Below, piece by piece: positions 15,376 through 24,207 of a DNA stretch of 29,797 nt. The number at the start of each line of letters is the position of its first letter. The stretch's first letter is position 1. The stretch is from IMG/VR virus record IMGVR_UViG_3300020571_000016, positions 1 to 29,797 of that record; one strand, given 5' to 3'. The DNA comes from a virus. Lineage: Duplodnaviria > Caudoviricetes. The notes beneath the pieces are model-generated. The model saw nothing but the letters and a program-made list of their open reading frames with translations. It did no database searches and had not been told where the DNA came from. A program made the translations under genes and the position numbers.

Positions 15376-15875
15376 ATTCCGTTTAACTCCTCGATAGTGG
15401 CTGCTAGTTGTACTGCCGCCTCAACAGCAGGATCGGTCGTGGCTGCGGCGACTTCATGCGTCTGTGAGTCGGCGTCGTTATCGCCCTCGGTCGGGATGCA
15501 GAACGCTTGGAAGGCGGCGTACTTGTAAGCCGCAGACATGGCCTTGTTACTGGCCTTGTCGCCCGAGTCCATCGCTTCGCCTACGGTGATGACCGTGTGC
15601 TTGCTACCGTCTTCGGCGGCCACAAAGTCAAACTCCACGGTCAGCGTGACGTAGAACAGCGCAGTGCCTTGGCGGTTCTGGCGCTCGATAACCTGTCGGT
15701 CGGTAACGCGGGGCAGGATGCACAAGCCGTGCTTTGACAGCAACGGCGAGAGCGCACCGTACACAGCGTCGATGCCACGGAAAGCGTAGCCCTGCGACTG
15801 GTTCTTGCTGTCTTTGCTAATGCCGATCTTGGATAGTTCGGCGGTGACAGCGGCAATCTTCTCGTAGACCTTCAT
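15294..15875 (-). CDS. erf: ERF-family ssDNA annealing protein
   Basis: K...N..QGYAFRGID, GEAMDSGDKASNKAMSAAYKYA..QAFCIPT..D.D; GAGGAG RBS before ATG 15875. Confidence 0.88.
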   Translation of the reverse strand: MKVYEKIAAVTAELSKIGISKDSKNQSQGYAFRGIDAVYGALSPLLSKHGLCILPRVTDRQVIERQNRQGTALFYVTLTVEFDFVAAEDGSKHTVITVGEAMDSGDKASNKAMSAAYKYAAFQAFCIPTEGDNDADSQTHEVAAATTDPAVEAAVQLAATIEELNGIWKSLNASERKVHLSLFSEKKSKLASA

Positions 15876-16144
15876 GCTTGTTCTCCTCTTGCGCGGATAG
15901 CGTCGGCGCACTGTGAATTACCAAGAACCCATGCGACATGCGCGTCTGCCCTATTGCGCTCAACTAATTCGTCACACAGCCCAGCGCACGCTTCCCGCTC
16001 GACTGCGGCAACAAGGTGTGCGAACTTATAAATGGCCTCAGAAGTTTCGGCTTCAATTTGCTCAGTTACCGAATCGCCATCTATAAAGTCGATAAGGTAA
16101 AAGCCGACGCTCTGAGCCATACGTAAAATTTCTTCGCGGGTCAT
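15872..16144 (-). CDS. Phage hypothetical protein (MTREEI.RMA...EREACA...CADAIRARG type)
   Basis: Common phage motif; coupled at both ends. Confidence 0.75.
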   Translation of the reverse strand: MTREEILRMAQSVGFYLIDFIDGDSVTEQIEAETSEAIYKFAHLVAAVEREACAGLCDELVERNRADAHVAWVLGNSQCADAIRARGEQA

Positions 16145-16353
16145 TGCGGATTCCTCAGTTTGGCGGATGCAGCGTCAATCGCAGCAATGCACTCGGCAAA
16201 CGCTTGGTGCAGTTTAAAAGCGCCTTCGGCTTCGATGCGGTTGAGTTCGTTTAAGCCTTCGATGACGTTGAAGGCGGCGTGTTCGGCGCGGCAGTGCAAC
16301 TCCATGAGTCGGTCACGTTCCTGCTCGGCCAAGATGCGGTAATCGTCTTCCAT
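16141..16353 (-). CDS. Hypothetical protein, first gene of the leftward operon
   Basis: GGAG RBS before ATG 16353; alternative start at 16365. Confidence 0.65.
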   Translation of the reverse strand: MEDDYRILAEQERDRLMELHCRAEHAAFNVIEGLNELNRIEAEGAFKLHQAFAECIAAIDAASAKLRNPQ

Positions 16354-16386
16354 GTCTTTCTCCATCGGGGCCAATCCCCGAAGTGC

Positions 16387-16427
16387 AGTATACTCCCGTT
16401 GACGATCATGTCAACACCTGTTACTGT
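16387..16427. promoter_or_regulatory. Overlapping divergent sigma70 promoters on the palindrome GTTGAC-N6-GTCAAC
   Basis: Plus strand: TTGACG(16399)-N17-TACTGT with TG. Minus strand: TTGACA(16414)-N16-TATACT. Confidence 0.75.
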
Positions 16428-16434
16428 GCAACCT

Positions 16435-16593
16435 ATGACACCGAAACAACTACTGAAGATTTATGGCTCCCAGAGCGAGATTGCTCGGGCGTTGGGCGTA
16501 ACCCGGCAGGCTGTGCTGCGCTGGTTCAAGGAAGACAAGATTCCTGCGTTGCGCCTGTATCAAATTCAATGCGTGCTGAAGGTCAATGAATAA
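16435..16593 (+). CDS. Cro-like HTH regulator, probably leaderless
   Basis: MTPKQLLKIYGSQSEIARALGVTRQAVLRW....IPALR.YQI. Confidence 0.85.
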   Translation: MTPKQLLKIYGSQSEIARALGVTRQAVLRWFKEDKIPALRLYQIQCVLKVNE

Positions 16594-16900
16594 TCCAGTT
16601 ACGAATAGCACCGACATATCGTGGGCGTCACAGGCCAACGTGCGGTATTGGGAAAGCGTCAAGCACACGCCGTTTGGCAAACTGCGGTTAGCCGATGCGT
16701 ATCTCGCTCGGATCGGCGTAGGCGACTGGTCGCAGCGTGCAGAGCGCACCTCGTGGCTCAAGAACTACGTGGGTGACATCCTGCGCTCGCTGGACGATGC
16801 GACTGAGGCATACGGCGACCCGCACGTTCGGGGCATGGTGCGGGAACTGTGGGGCGAACCCGGCGTGACGAAGTTGAAGGCTAGGTGCAAACCGGCATAA
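16586..16900 (+). CDS. Hypothetical protein (104 aa)
   Basis: Overlaps the Cro-like stop; AAGG RBS. Confidence 0.7.
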   Translation: MNNPVTNSTDISWASQANVRYWESVKHTPFGKLRLADAYLARIGVGDWSQRAERTSWLKNYVGDILRSLDDATEAYGDPHVRGMVRELWGEPGVTKLKARCKPA

Positions 16901-16907
16901 TCGGCGT

Positions 16908-17216
16908 ATGCGCTACGCTAAACGCCGAGACAACAACCACACCGAGATTGTAGAAGCCCTCCGTAAGGCCAACTTCGAGGTCATTGACTACGCCTCGGCA
17001 GGGCACGACATCCCTGACCTGTTGGCCGTCAAGCCAATGCACGACGGCATGGCGTGGATATGCTGGATAGAGGTCAAGGCCAAGGGTGGGCGGCTGTCAG
17101 AGGGGCAGAAACGCTTTCAGGGCTTCTTCCAGCCTAGGGGCGAGTGGTACGAAGCCCGTGACCCCGACGACACCGTATGCGCCCTACAGGCGCTTTACTT
17201 GCAGCGCCTTAAATAA
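16908..17216 (+). CDS. VRR-NUC-like PD-(D/E)xK nuclease, possible junction resolvase
   Basis: RRDNNH.EIV.AL, IPDLL, IEVK..GGRLS..Q..F. Confidence 0.8.
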   Translation: MRYAKRRDNNHTEIVEALRKANFEVIDYASAGHDIPDLLAVKPMHDGMAWICWIEVKAKGGRLSEGQKRFQGFFQPRGEWYEARDPDDTVCALQALYLQRLK

Positions 17217-17234
17217 TTCATTTACAATACGGCC

Positions 17235-17498
17235 ATGAAGAACTGGCGCGTATTGAACCAAAACCTGAATCTGTTTAACGAGGCCGAGGTCAAGGCGCTC
17301 TTGGACGAGGAGATTGCCGGTCAGCGGCGTTCCACGTTCCTCAAGCGCCTACACCAGCGGTACTGCACCCTGCGTGCAAACCGCGAACGGGCTGAGATAT
17401 TCAGCGCCGCCGCAAGTATGTCAGGTAGTCAGCCCCTTCCTCCGGCTCCCACCACACCTTCACCAAGTCTGGATGGTCAGGCGGTAGCGCAGGGTTAA
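17235..17498 (+). CDS. Phage hypothetical protein
   Basis: LL.EE....RR.....RLHQRY..LR..RER core; TACAAT -10 box 6 nt upstream. Confidence 0.7.
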   Translation: MKNWRVLNQNLNLFNEAEVKALLDEEIAGQRRSTFLKRLHQRYCTLRANRERAEIFSAAASMSGSQPLPPAPTTPSPSLDGQAVAQG

Positions 17499-18462
17499 TC
17501 GTCGTTAGGGCACAGGGCGACAGGCAGTTGTCCCTGAACCCGCGCTCCTTGGCGTAGCGATCGTAAATCTTATAGGACGCCACCTTACAGGCGTGCATCG
17601 TGATGCCGCTGATCGCATCCTTCAAGACGCTATACGCCGACTCGTGCTTGTGACCGGCCACGTATAAATGGTCGCGGGTTCCCATCAGCGCAGCCTTCAT
17701 CGGCCCATGCGCCGGGTTCCAAATACTAGAGCCGCTGTGGTCGTGGCGGGCGTTAACCCGTACCTCTAGGCCGTTCGGGAATCGAAGCGCTAGGCGGGCT
17801 TCTGAGGACTTATAAAGGGCATCCTGCTGCTTGGCTATCCAACGCAGGGGATCGCCTGAGCCTGACCACAGGTCGTGGTTGCCGCCGATCATGTACAGCC
17901 AGTTGCAGCGGTTGATAAACCACTCGGCTATTTTCCAAGCCTGCGCTGCCGAGGTCGTCTGGTCGGCGTAGAGGCGGGCAAGGCGGCCACACCAGTTGTT
18001 CGTGGTGTCGCCTACGTTCGCTGCGAATAGCCCCTCGGTGCGGTTCACAAGGTCGGTGTGGCGCTCAATGGCTTCAATGTCGCAGCCGTCGTCGTCTACG
18101 TGCGGGTCACCAAAGTGCAGGATGCCGATAGCACCGTCCATCTTCACTTTGATAGGAATGAGTTTGCTGGCTTCTTCGTGTTCGCGCTTGTGCTGGAACT
18201 TACGCTTGCGCTGGGCAATCAGTTCCTCGATGGGAACGTCGTCGTCGGGCAGCGCGGTGAACTCGTAATCGCCCTTGTCTACGACTTGGCGTCCGGGCTG
18301 GTAGGTGGAGTCAGGGATAACGTACCCCTTGTCCTTCATCTTTTTTAGCCGCATCTGCAAAGTCCGCTCGTTCATTTTGAACTTTGCAGCGACTATTGCC
18401 CGTATGCCGTTTGCTTCCTGTAGCGACTTTAATATCTGATCATCGGATGCCTTGGACTGCAT
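17401..18462 (-). CDS. Calcineurin-like metallophosphoesterase with an N-terminal HTH
   Basis: GDPH, VGD, GGNHD, RHDH, AGHKH motifs; N-terminal VAAKFKMNERTLQMRL. Confidence 0.85.
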   Translation of the reverse strand: MQSKASDDQILKSLQEANGIRAIVAAKFKMNERTLQMRLKKMKDKGYVIPDSTYQPGRQVVDKGDYEFTALPDDDVPIEELIAQRKRKFQHKREHEEASKLIPIKVKMDGAIGILHFGDPHVDDDGCDIEAIERHTDLVNRTEGLFAANVGDTTNNWCGRLARLYADQTTSAAQAWKIAEWFINRCNWLYMIGGNHDLWSGSGDPLRWIAKQQDALYKSSEARLALRFPNGLEVRVNARHDHSGSSIWNPAHGPMKAALMGTRDHLYVAGHKHESAYSVLKDAISGITMHACKVASYKIYDRYAKERGFRDNCLSPCALTTINPALPPDHPDLVKVWWEPEEGADYLTYLRRR

Positions 18463-18465
18463 TGC

Positions 18466-18762
18466 TTACTCCATTGTTGTGAGCATCTGTTGCAGCAAGT
18501 GTCCAATCCGATCTACAAATTGCTCGTCTCGGCTTAGGTCATCGTGACCAGCGATGTCGAGCATCGCGTGAATCGCCTCATGCGCCCACACTTGCTGCCG
18601 GTTTGTGCCTTTACAAGAACTTACGATGTGTATCTCGTATTTGTCTGGAAGCCACATTCCAACACAATTTTTGCCGTGACGCCACTTGGAGGGCGGAATT
18701 ACTTTGACATTGATGGTGTGACCGGCTAGTTGGAAGCGCTTAGGTATGCCGTCTTGTCGCAT
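18466..18762 (-). CDS. Small HEXXH (minimal zincin-like) protein
   Basis: HEAIH followed by DEQFVD. Confidence 0.7.
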   Translation of the reverse strand: MRQDGIPKRFQLAGHTINVKVIPPSKWRHGKNCVGMWLPDKYEIHIVSSCKGTNRQQVWAHEAIHAMLDIAGHDDLSRDEQFVDRIGHLLQQMLTTME

Positions 18763-18785
18763 AGCGCCCGCTCCATTAAATGAGG

Positions 18786-19265
18786 CTAACTCAAAAACAA
18801 TACCCGCTCGTCGTTACGACGTTTGACGAGGCCGGGTAACACCTTACCACCGGCTTTTGTCCACTTTTTGAATTCTTCGGCTGCCTCTTCAAAGTCGCCT
18901 CGATTGACCTTCATCCGCAAGCCAGAGCGCTGAAGGTTGCCTAGCCCCACGTTAAAGGCAAAAGATACAAGAGCATCAAAGACTCCCTGACGGCCAACAA
19001 CAGCAGGGCAAAGTCGAACCACACCACGCTCAAACCGGCCAAGGTCTTGAGCAAGTATCCGGTCCACCTCGTCCATTGAGAGAGTTCGATCCCATCCTGC
19101 GGGTATCGGTAGGCTCTTGCGTTCCTCATACTTCACCGCAGCGTGAGCCGGGTCTATAACGTGGCCGACCCCGACCGTCCATAGCAGGGCCGGACACCGA
19201 TAAGGGCGCGTCCTTACGCCCTCATGATGCTTGATCATTTGTATTGCAGCAGGACTGACCTTCAC
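18786..19265 (-). CDS. Endolysin, GH24 phage lysozyme
   Basis: HEG.R..PY.CPA..WTVGVGH, FDALVSFAFNVG, LPGLVKRR..E. Confidence 0.92.
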   Translation of the reverse strand: MKVSPAAIQMIKHHEGVRTRPYRCPALLWTVGVGHVIDPAHAAVKYEERKSLPIPAGWDRTLSMDEVDRILAQDLGRFERGVVRLCPAVVGRQGVFDALVSFAFNVGLGNLQRSGLRMKVNRGDFEEAAEEFKKWTKAGGKVLPGLVKRRNDERVLFLS

Positions 19266-19747
19266 TTCTTGCCGAAAGCCTGCGTGCCAAACCAGAAGGC
19301 AATGATTGACGACAGTATTAGCATCTCGTCATCCGAAAACACTTCAGCCATTGCAGCGGCAAACGGCACACTCGTGTTGTAGGCATACCAGACGCCTGCG
19401 ATGTTGATGGCGACTAGTTCCAGCACAAAGATGTAGGTCACAACCGGACGCACCGACGCACGCAGGTTGATCATCCACTGCGAGGCCCCCTTGCCGATTT
19501 CCATATCGTGCTGGTACAGGGCTTGGCGTTCCTCGCCTGCCGTCTGCGTCTGGATTTGCTCTAACTTAATTTCCTCAACCCGTGCCTGCGCGATAAACCC
19601 GCGTTCTGCGAGGGCTAGTTCGCGCTCCTTCTGCGCGGCGACAAGGGCTAACTCATGCTTCTTGTCTTGGCGGTCTTGGAAGATTTGCAGAATCTTGGGC
19701 AAACCGCCTGCAAGGAACGACAGGAATGTGCTAACCATCGTCATCAT
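19262..19747 (-). CDS. Holin-like membrane protein (3TM-holin type)
   Basis: LRASVRPV.TY, hydrophobic helices, IIAFWFG; adjacent to the endolysin. Confidence 0.65.
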   Translation of the reverse strand: MMTMVSTFLSFLAGGLPKILQIFQDRQDKKHELALVAAQKERELALAERGFIAQARVEEIKLEQIQTQTAGEERQALYQHDMEIGKGASQWMINLRASVRPVVTYIFVLELVAINIAGVWYAYNTSVPFAAAMAEVFSDDEMLILSSIIAFWFGTQAFGKK

Positions 19748-20157
19748 TTGGAAGCCCTCACTACGTCGTCGCCCTTGGTAACGGTGACATGATCGCCCTC
19801 AACGTCCACCCGCATCGGCTGCTCTTTGCGATCCAGCCGGTCTAGTTTGGTGATCAGTTCCTTAATTACCTCAAACTCGGGTTTATCTTCCTTCTCCACC
19901 GTGCCTGCAATGCTGGCAAGCATAGAGATAAGAGCGGTCAGCGAGGCACCAAGCAGCCCCATCACGGCAGCGATCTTGTCCGAATCTAGCGCAAGGCTAG
20001 ACAGCACGCCGATCACCACAATGGCCGTGATGTATTTCAGCCCGTCCTTACCAATGGCTTTACCGGCTACGTCCTTGGCAGACGACTGCGCTTCAAGCCG
20101 TTGCAACTCGGCCTGTATTTGCACTTTTAGCAACTGGATGTCGGTAACGTCGTTCAT
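19744..20157 (-). CDS. Two-TM membrane protein
   Basis: Two hydrophobic segments; within the lysis cluster. Confidence 0.65.
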   Translation of the reverse strand: MNDVTDIQLLKVQIQAELQRLEAQSSAKDVAGKAIGKDGLKYITAIVVIGVLSSLALDSDKIAAVMGLLGASLTALISMLASIAGTVEKEDKPEFEVIKELITKLDRLDRKEQPMRVDVEGDHVTVTKGDDVVRASK

Positions 20158-20166
20158 TTTTAACCT

Positions 20167-20265
20167 TTAACTAAAGAACAGTATTGTTAATAGTGCTGCA
20201 AACAGTACGCTTACGCAGGCAATTACTTTTAAATTAGCGCGAGTCCGCACCCATGCCGCCCACAT
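20167..20265 (-). CDS. 32-aa single-TM peptide
   Basis: Manual translation MWAAWVRTRANLKVIACVSVLFAALLTILFFS*; TGATG coupling. Confidence 0.5.
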   Translation of the reverse strand: MWAAWVRTRANLKVIACVSVLFAALLTILFFS

Positions 20266-20486
20266 CACTTGTCAGCCTTTTCGTCCAACTTGTCCCAGAT
20301 GCGGGTCAGGATTTGCTCAATACGCTCTAAGGCGGACTTGTAGTCATCGCGGCGCACGAACTGGTGCATCATCTCTTTGTGGTCACGCTGAAGGTTCTCT
20401 AGGCTCGTCGTAATCGAGCGCAGCGTCCATCCGGCAAATGCCGCAGCCACAGTCATTGCAATGTTAAAAGCCGCCTGATAGTCCAC
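20265..20486 (-). CDS. Single-TM plus coiled-coil protein (lysis cluster)
   Basis: GGAG RBS and GTG start; FVRRDDY...I.DKLD.KADK. Confidence 0.7.
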   Translation of the reverse strand: MDYQAAFNIAMTVAAAFAGWTLRSITTSLENLQRDHKEMMHQFVRRDDYKSALERIEQILTRIWDKLDEKADK

Positions 20487-20487
20487 G

Positions 20488-20682
20488 TCACTTCTCCGAA
20501 AGCGCCTGCGTGGTGACAGCCCGCAGCACGAGGTTTGCCAAAGCGCCGACCATTAGTATCGCCGCAGCCACTTCCTGCCCCCACAGCACGGTCATGTGAC
20601 CGCCTACGAGTTCAAGGCCGCCAAGGACGGCAAGCAGGACATTCCACCAAACGGTCTTAGACTTAAGTGCGCCTTGCAGCAT
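20488..20682 (-). CDS. Small two-TM holin-like protein
   Basis: KSKTVW.N...NLVLRAVTTQ.L..K. Confidence 0.65.
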   Translation of the reverse strand: MLQGALKSKTVWWNVLLAVLGGLELVGGHMTVLWGQEVAAAILMVGALANLVLRAVTTQALSEK

Positions 20683-20690
20683 GTAATCGC

Positions 20691-22184
20691 CTAAAACCCA
20701 AGTTGGTTGATGCGCTCTTGCTCCGCAAGGAAGTCCATTTCTTCTGGCGATTCGCCGCCAAGAAGGGCTGGCCCTGCTTGCAAGAATGTTTCAGGACGAA
20801 ACGGCTGGGTCGGCACGCCGGAAGCAGCAAATGAGCGAAGTTGCTCCGCTCTGGCTAATGCAAGACGGTTAGCGGCTGCACGCGACGCATAACCCGTTCC
20901 GGCAAGAAGACCGGCACCGAGCAATCCGGCGCCCTTAAACGCGCCGGTATACCCAAGGCCGGGAGTAATTGACCGGAAACTGCCGCCGCGAATTTCGCTA
21001 AGTCGAGGAGGCGCGGCCAACACCCCAATACCTTCAAGCATGGAAATGTCAAAACGGCCTTTCCCGATTTTACGGATTAAGTCTTTTTCGGCTTCCGTAA
21101 ATTGCCGCATAGCGCGGTCATTGTCGGCCAGTTTGGCGAACTTCTCTTTAATCTTGACGGCAGGTTCGCCTTTGCCGGTAGTGGCCTCACGAATCGTTCG
21201 CTCGATTAGTTTGCTGCGACTCATCCGAGTGTACAAATCACGAGCCTTAACTAACTCTCGTTGAACGGCCTCGGGCGCAACATCTTTGATGAAGTCATCA
21301 ATATCTCTTACCAAGGCAGAGCCGATACGCGACTCATCCTTGCTAGTGCTTCCTGCTGCTCTGCCCGCCACTCGGCGCAGTACGTCCAACTGATTGATCG
21401 TAATGGGCTGACCAGTCTTGGCCTGCTCAACAAACGCATTAACCGCAACTTGCGCCTTGGGGTGCAAAACCGAGTTAAACCCAGATTTATTCAGAGTGTC
21501 TTCGATCTTGTAAGACAACTGAGCAATACGCTCAGGCCCCACATCGGCCTTTGCGGACTCAACGTTCGCATAAGCCCGCTCAGACGCTTTCTTCAGTTCT
21601 TTGGTTGTCGGGGCTTTTGCCGCCATAAACGGCCTGATCATGCCGCCAACAACAGGGGTGGCGGCGCCAATGACAGCGCCCTCTTCAATCGCTTCTGGAT
21701 CGGCAACGGCAGCACTAACGGCGCCAGCGGTACCGCCGCCCGCAATTCTCGTAAGAAGCGGAATATCTCGCCCCAAGCCACCAGACTGAACGGCTCGGCC
21801 AAACTGATTCACAATCCGAGTCGCTTCTGGGGCCATCGCACGGATGCCGGGAATGGCAGTACCAGCGCGAATAGCACTGCCAAGCAGAGGGCCAGCGGCC
21901 ATGCTGGCGGTAAACTGAGCGCCAGCACGCATGGCTTTCGCACGCTCTTCTGGCGTCATGCCAGTTTGGGCAACTTGCTCACGAAAGCCGGTTGCGCGAT
22001 CTATTGCCAAAGACGGGCCTTCCTCTCTGCGAGGAGCAGGCTTGTTTCGCTTGCCGCCACGAGTGCGCGGACCTTTAGGGATTGCTTCTACATCAGACCC
22101 AGATGCGAGGAACGCATCCACGTCAAACTCGTCGTTGCTCGTTGCGGTATCCGCTAAGAACGCATCAACGTCAAAGTCATCCAT
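20691..22184 (-). CDS. Putative DNA ejection (internal virion) protein
   Basis: Ala/Gly-rich helical protein, third gene of the ejection cluster. Confidence 0.65.
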   Translation of the reverse strand: MDDFDVDAFLADTATSNDEFDVDAFLASGSDVEAIPKGPRTRGGKRNKPAPRREEGPSLAIDRATGFREQVAQTGMTPEERAKAMRAGAQFTASMAAGPLLGSAIRAGTAIPGIRAMAPEATRIVNQFGRAVQSGGLGRDIPLLTRIAGGGTAGAVSAAVADPEAIEEGAVIGAATPVVGGMIRPFMAAKAPTTKELKKASERAYANVESAKADVGPERIAQLSYKIEDTLNKSGFNSVLHPKAQVAVNAFVEQAKTGQPITINQLDVLRRVAGRAAGSTSKDESRIGSALVRDIDDFIKDVAPEAVQRELVKARDLYTRMSRSKLIERTIREATTGKGEPAVKIKEKFAKLADNDRAMRQFTEAEKDLIRKIGKGRFDISMLEGIGVLAAPPRLSEIRGGSFRSITPGLGYTGAFKGAGLLGAGLLAGTGYASRAAANRLALARAEQLRSFAASGVPTQPFRPETFLQAGPALLGGESPEEMDFLAEQERINQLGF

Positions 22185-22186
22185 TA

Positions 22187-23446
22187 TCAGACTCCGAGTT
22201 TTTTGCGAACTTCAGCCGCACGCGGATGCTTCGGATTCTTTTTCAGCCAATCCATAGCCTTTTGACGTTCTGAGGCAGAAACGCCCGCAGCAGGTCTTTC
22301 AGCAGCAGGAGCCATGCGCTTGCCGGGTTTGTTGTCCTCAACAAACTGACGGATGCTCTTCAAAATAGCCCTGTTTGACTCGTAGTCATTAGCCGGATTC
22401 GTAACCGCATCCAACCATTGCTGGAGTTCAACGTTGCTGTTCAGTTCTTGCGCGGACATCCCAGTTGCGGCCTTGATGCCTTGCAACAAACGCAAACGAG
22501 CACTTTGTACTTGGTTACGCAACGATTGCGCTTTCGTGCCTGTTGCGCGACCGAGCATTTGCCCAAGATCACTAGTCTGAGCAGAGATTTTTAAATTCTC
22601 TTGTGCGCTTCGCTTCGTGCTAGGGATAGCGCCCATGCGGTTTAATTCGTCGTAGTTTGTCTCCATTTCCTCGATAACGGAAATGAAGGCATCACCACTC
22701 TTCTCGCCTTTTTCAACCGGGGCTTTACCCTTCGGGCCAATGACGCCGGGAGAACCGATGCCACCGCCGCGCCAACGCTTGACATCGACCAGCAAGATTT
22801 GGCTAGGGTCATTCGGGTCTTCAACTTCTTTAATTTCAGGGTTGTATTCAGAAGCCTTTTCTCTCGAAACGCCTTTCGTTAGGCGCGGGCCTGCTTCTTC
22901 CCCTGTCATCGGATTAACAAATGCAACGGTATCATTAAGGTCAACTTGCTCCAATTCCTTGGTCAGCAAGTCGGCAGTCATCAGACTATTGGATTTGTTC
23001 TCAGGGCTGTATTCAACCGGAATAATCGGGTCAAAATCGGGAAACTCTGTTACCAACTGTGAACGCCAAGAGTCCCAGCCGGGCTGGTCAGTTACCCTAG
23101 CCAAAGTGTCACGCGACGTTGCCAGAATGGCGTCAATCCCGCTTTGGCGCTCTTGTACGCCCTTGCCGATTGACTGCATACCTTTGCCGCGCTGCTCTTC
23201 AAGTTCGTACAGTTCTTTCTGAGCGCCGGGTACGGCATACGCAAAACCAGCGCGAGCCAGTTGATTGCCATACGCAAGCGGGTCAATCATGCCTTCCTTC
23301 ATGGCGGCAGTCGCAGCCTGACGCCGGGCCTCATTCAATCGAGCCATCTCAGCAGCCTGCGCTTCAGCAGCAGCACGCTGGCGGCCCAACTGCATGGCCT
23401 CATACGCATCAATATATGCGCGCCCAGATGCAAGTTCGTTAGCCAT
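22187..23446 (-). CDS. Putative DNA ejection protein (P22 gp20 position)
   Basis: Synteny and Ala/Gln-rich helical composition. Confidence 0.65.
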   Translation of the reverse strand: MANELASGRAYIDAYEAMQLGRQRAAAEAQAAEMARLNEARRQAATAAMKEGMIDPLAYGNQLARAGFAYAVPGAQKELYELEEQRGKGMQSIGKGVQERQSGIDAILATSRDTLARVTDQPGWDSWRSQLVTEFPDFDPIIPVEYSPENKSNSLMTADLLTKELEQVDLNDTVAFVNPMTGEEAGPRLTKGVSREKASEYNPEIKEVEDPNDPSQILLVDVKRWRGGGIGSPGVIGPKGKAPVEKGEKSGDAFISVIEEMETNYDELNRMGAIPSTKRSAQENLKISAQTSDLGQMLGRATGTKAQSLRNQVQSARLRLLQGIKAATGMSAQELNSNVELQQWLDAVTNPANDYESNRAILKSIRQFVEDNKPGKRMAPAAERPAAGVSASERQKAMDWLKKNPKHPRAAEVRKKLGV

Positions 23447-23448
23447 GA

Positions 23449-24207
23449 TTATTGGCCTCCGTATGGCGGTTCGTAATAACCATATTGCGGGCTACGCCAC
23501 GGAATAGCAGAAGATCGAACAGGGCTGTAAGTTGTTTTTCTGCTTTGTATATCCACCGGCTGTAACTGATTGGTTCGATATTGCGTAAAACCACTTAAGG
23601 CGTCGCCCAAAGCGGTTTGATAAATATTGCCAACCTGTCCCGCCCGATTGGCTTGAGCGGCTCCAATATCGCCATACGCTTGAGCAGCGCCGCCCGCGTA
23701 TGCACGTCCACCAACACCCGCCATTTGCGCGGCATTTTGCCCAAATTGACCAAGGTTCATCAGCGCGTTAGTTACCGTAGAGCGTTGGTCCATCAGACGG
23801 TTATAAGCATTCATAAACTCTTGCGAGGCAAGGTTTTGCCCAAACTCCGTGCCCGCCTTGATGGCTCCGCCACTCAAGTATCGGCCACGAGCGGATTGCA
23901 TACGAGCAAGGGCCTTCTCGCCCTCAGACAATCGGAATCCATAACCGGGATCAATCAGCACGTCTTCCATCGTTGGCGTCTTGGTATACATGCCGCCGGG
24001 GCCGTACAACGCCGTCAACTGGTTCATGCTCATCTCGCCAGCGCCAAGATACGGCTTCTGGCGGGCAACATCTTCCTCGTACATCTGCTTGCGAAGCGCG
24101 ATGTCTCGATCAGCCTGCTTTCGGACAGCCTGCTCTTGCTTATCGGCTGCACGCTTTTGAAGCACTCCCCCTACAACAGTGCCGATAATCTGAACCGGAT
24201 TAGCCAT
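23449..24207 (-). CDS. DNA transfer/ejection protein (P22 gp7-like position)
   Basis: PY..AG, DPGYGFRL.EG..AL...ARG..LSG...K....GQ.LASQEF; start at ATG 24207. Confidence 0.75.
   Translation of the reverse strand: MANPVQIIGTVVGGVLQKRAADKQEQAVRKQADRDIALRKQMYEEDVARQKPYLGAGEMSMNQLTALYGPGGMYTKTPTMEDVLIDPGYGFRLSEGEKALARMQSARGRYLSGGAIKAGTEFGQNLASQEFMNAYNRLMDQRSTVTNALMNLGQFGQNAAQMAGVGGRAYAGGAAQAYGDIGAAQANRAGQVGNIYQTALGDALSGFTQYRTNQLQPVDIQSRKTTYSPVRSSAIPWRSPQYGYYEPPYGGQ

Noticed and set aside
20167-20265. VIAC as a lipobox (o-spanin)
   Set aside because: The hydrophobic segment follows the Cys rather than preceding it.
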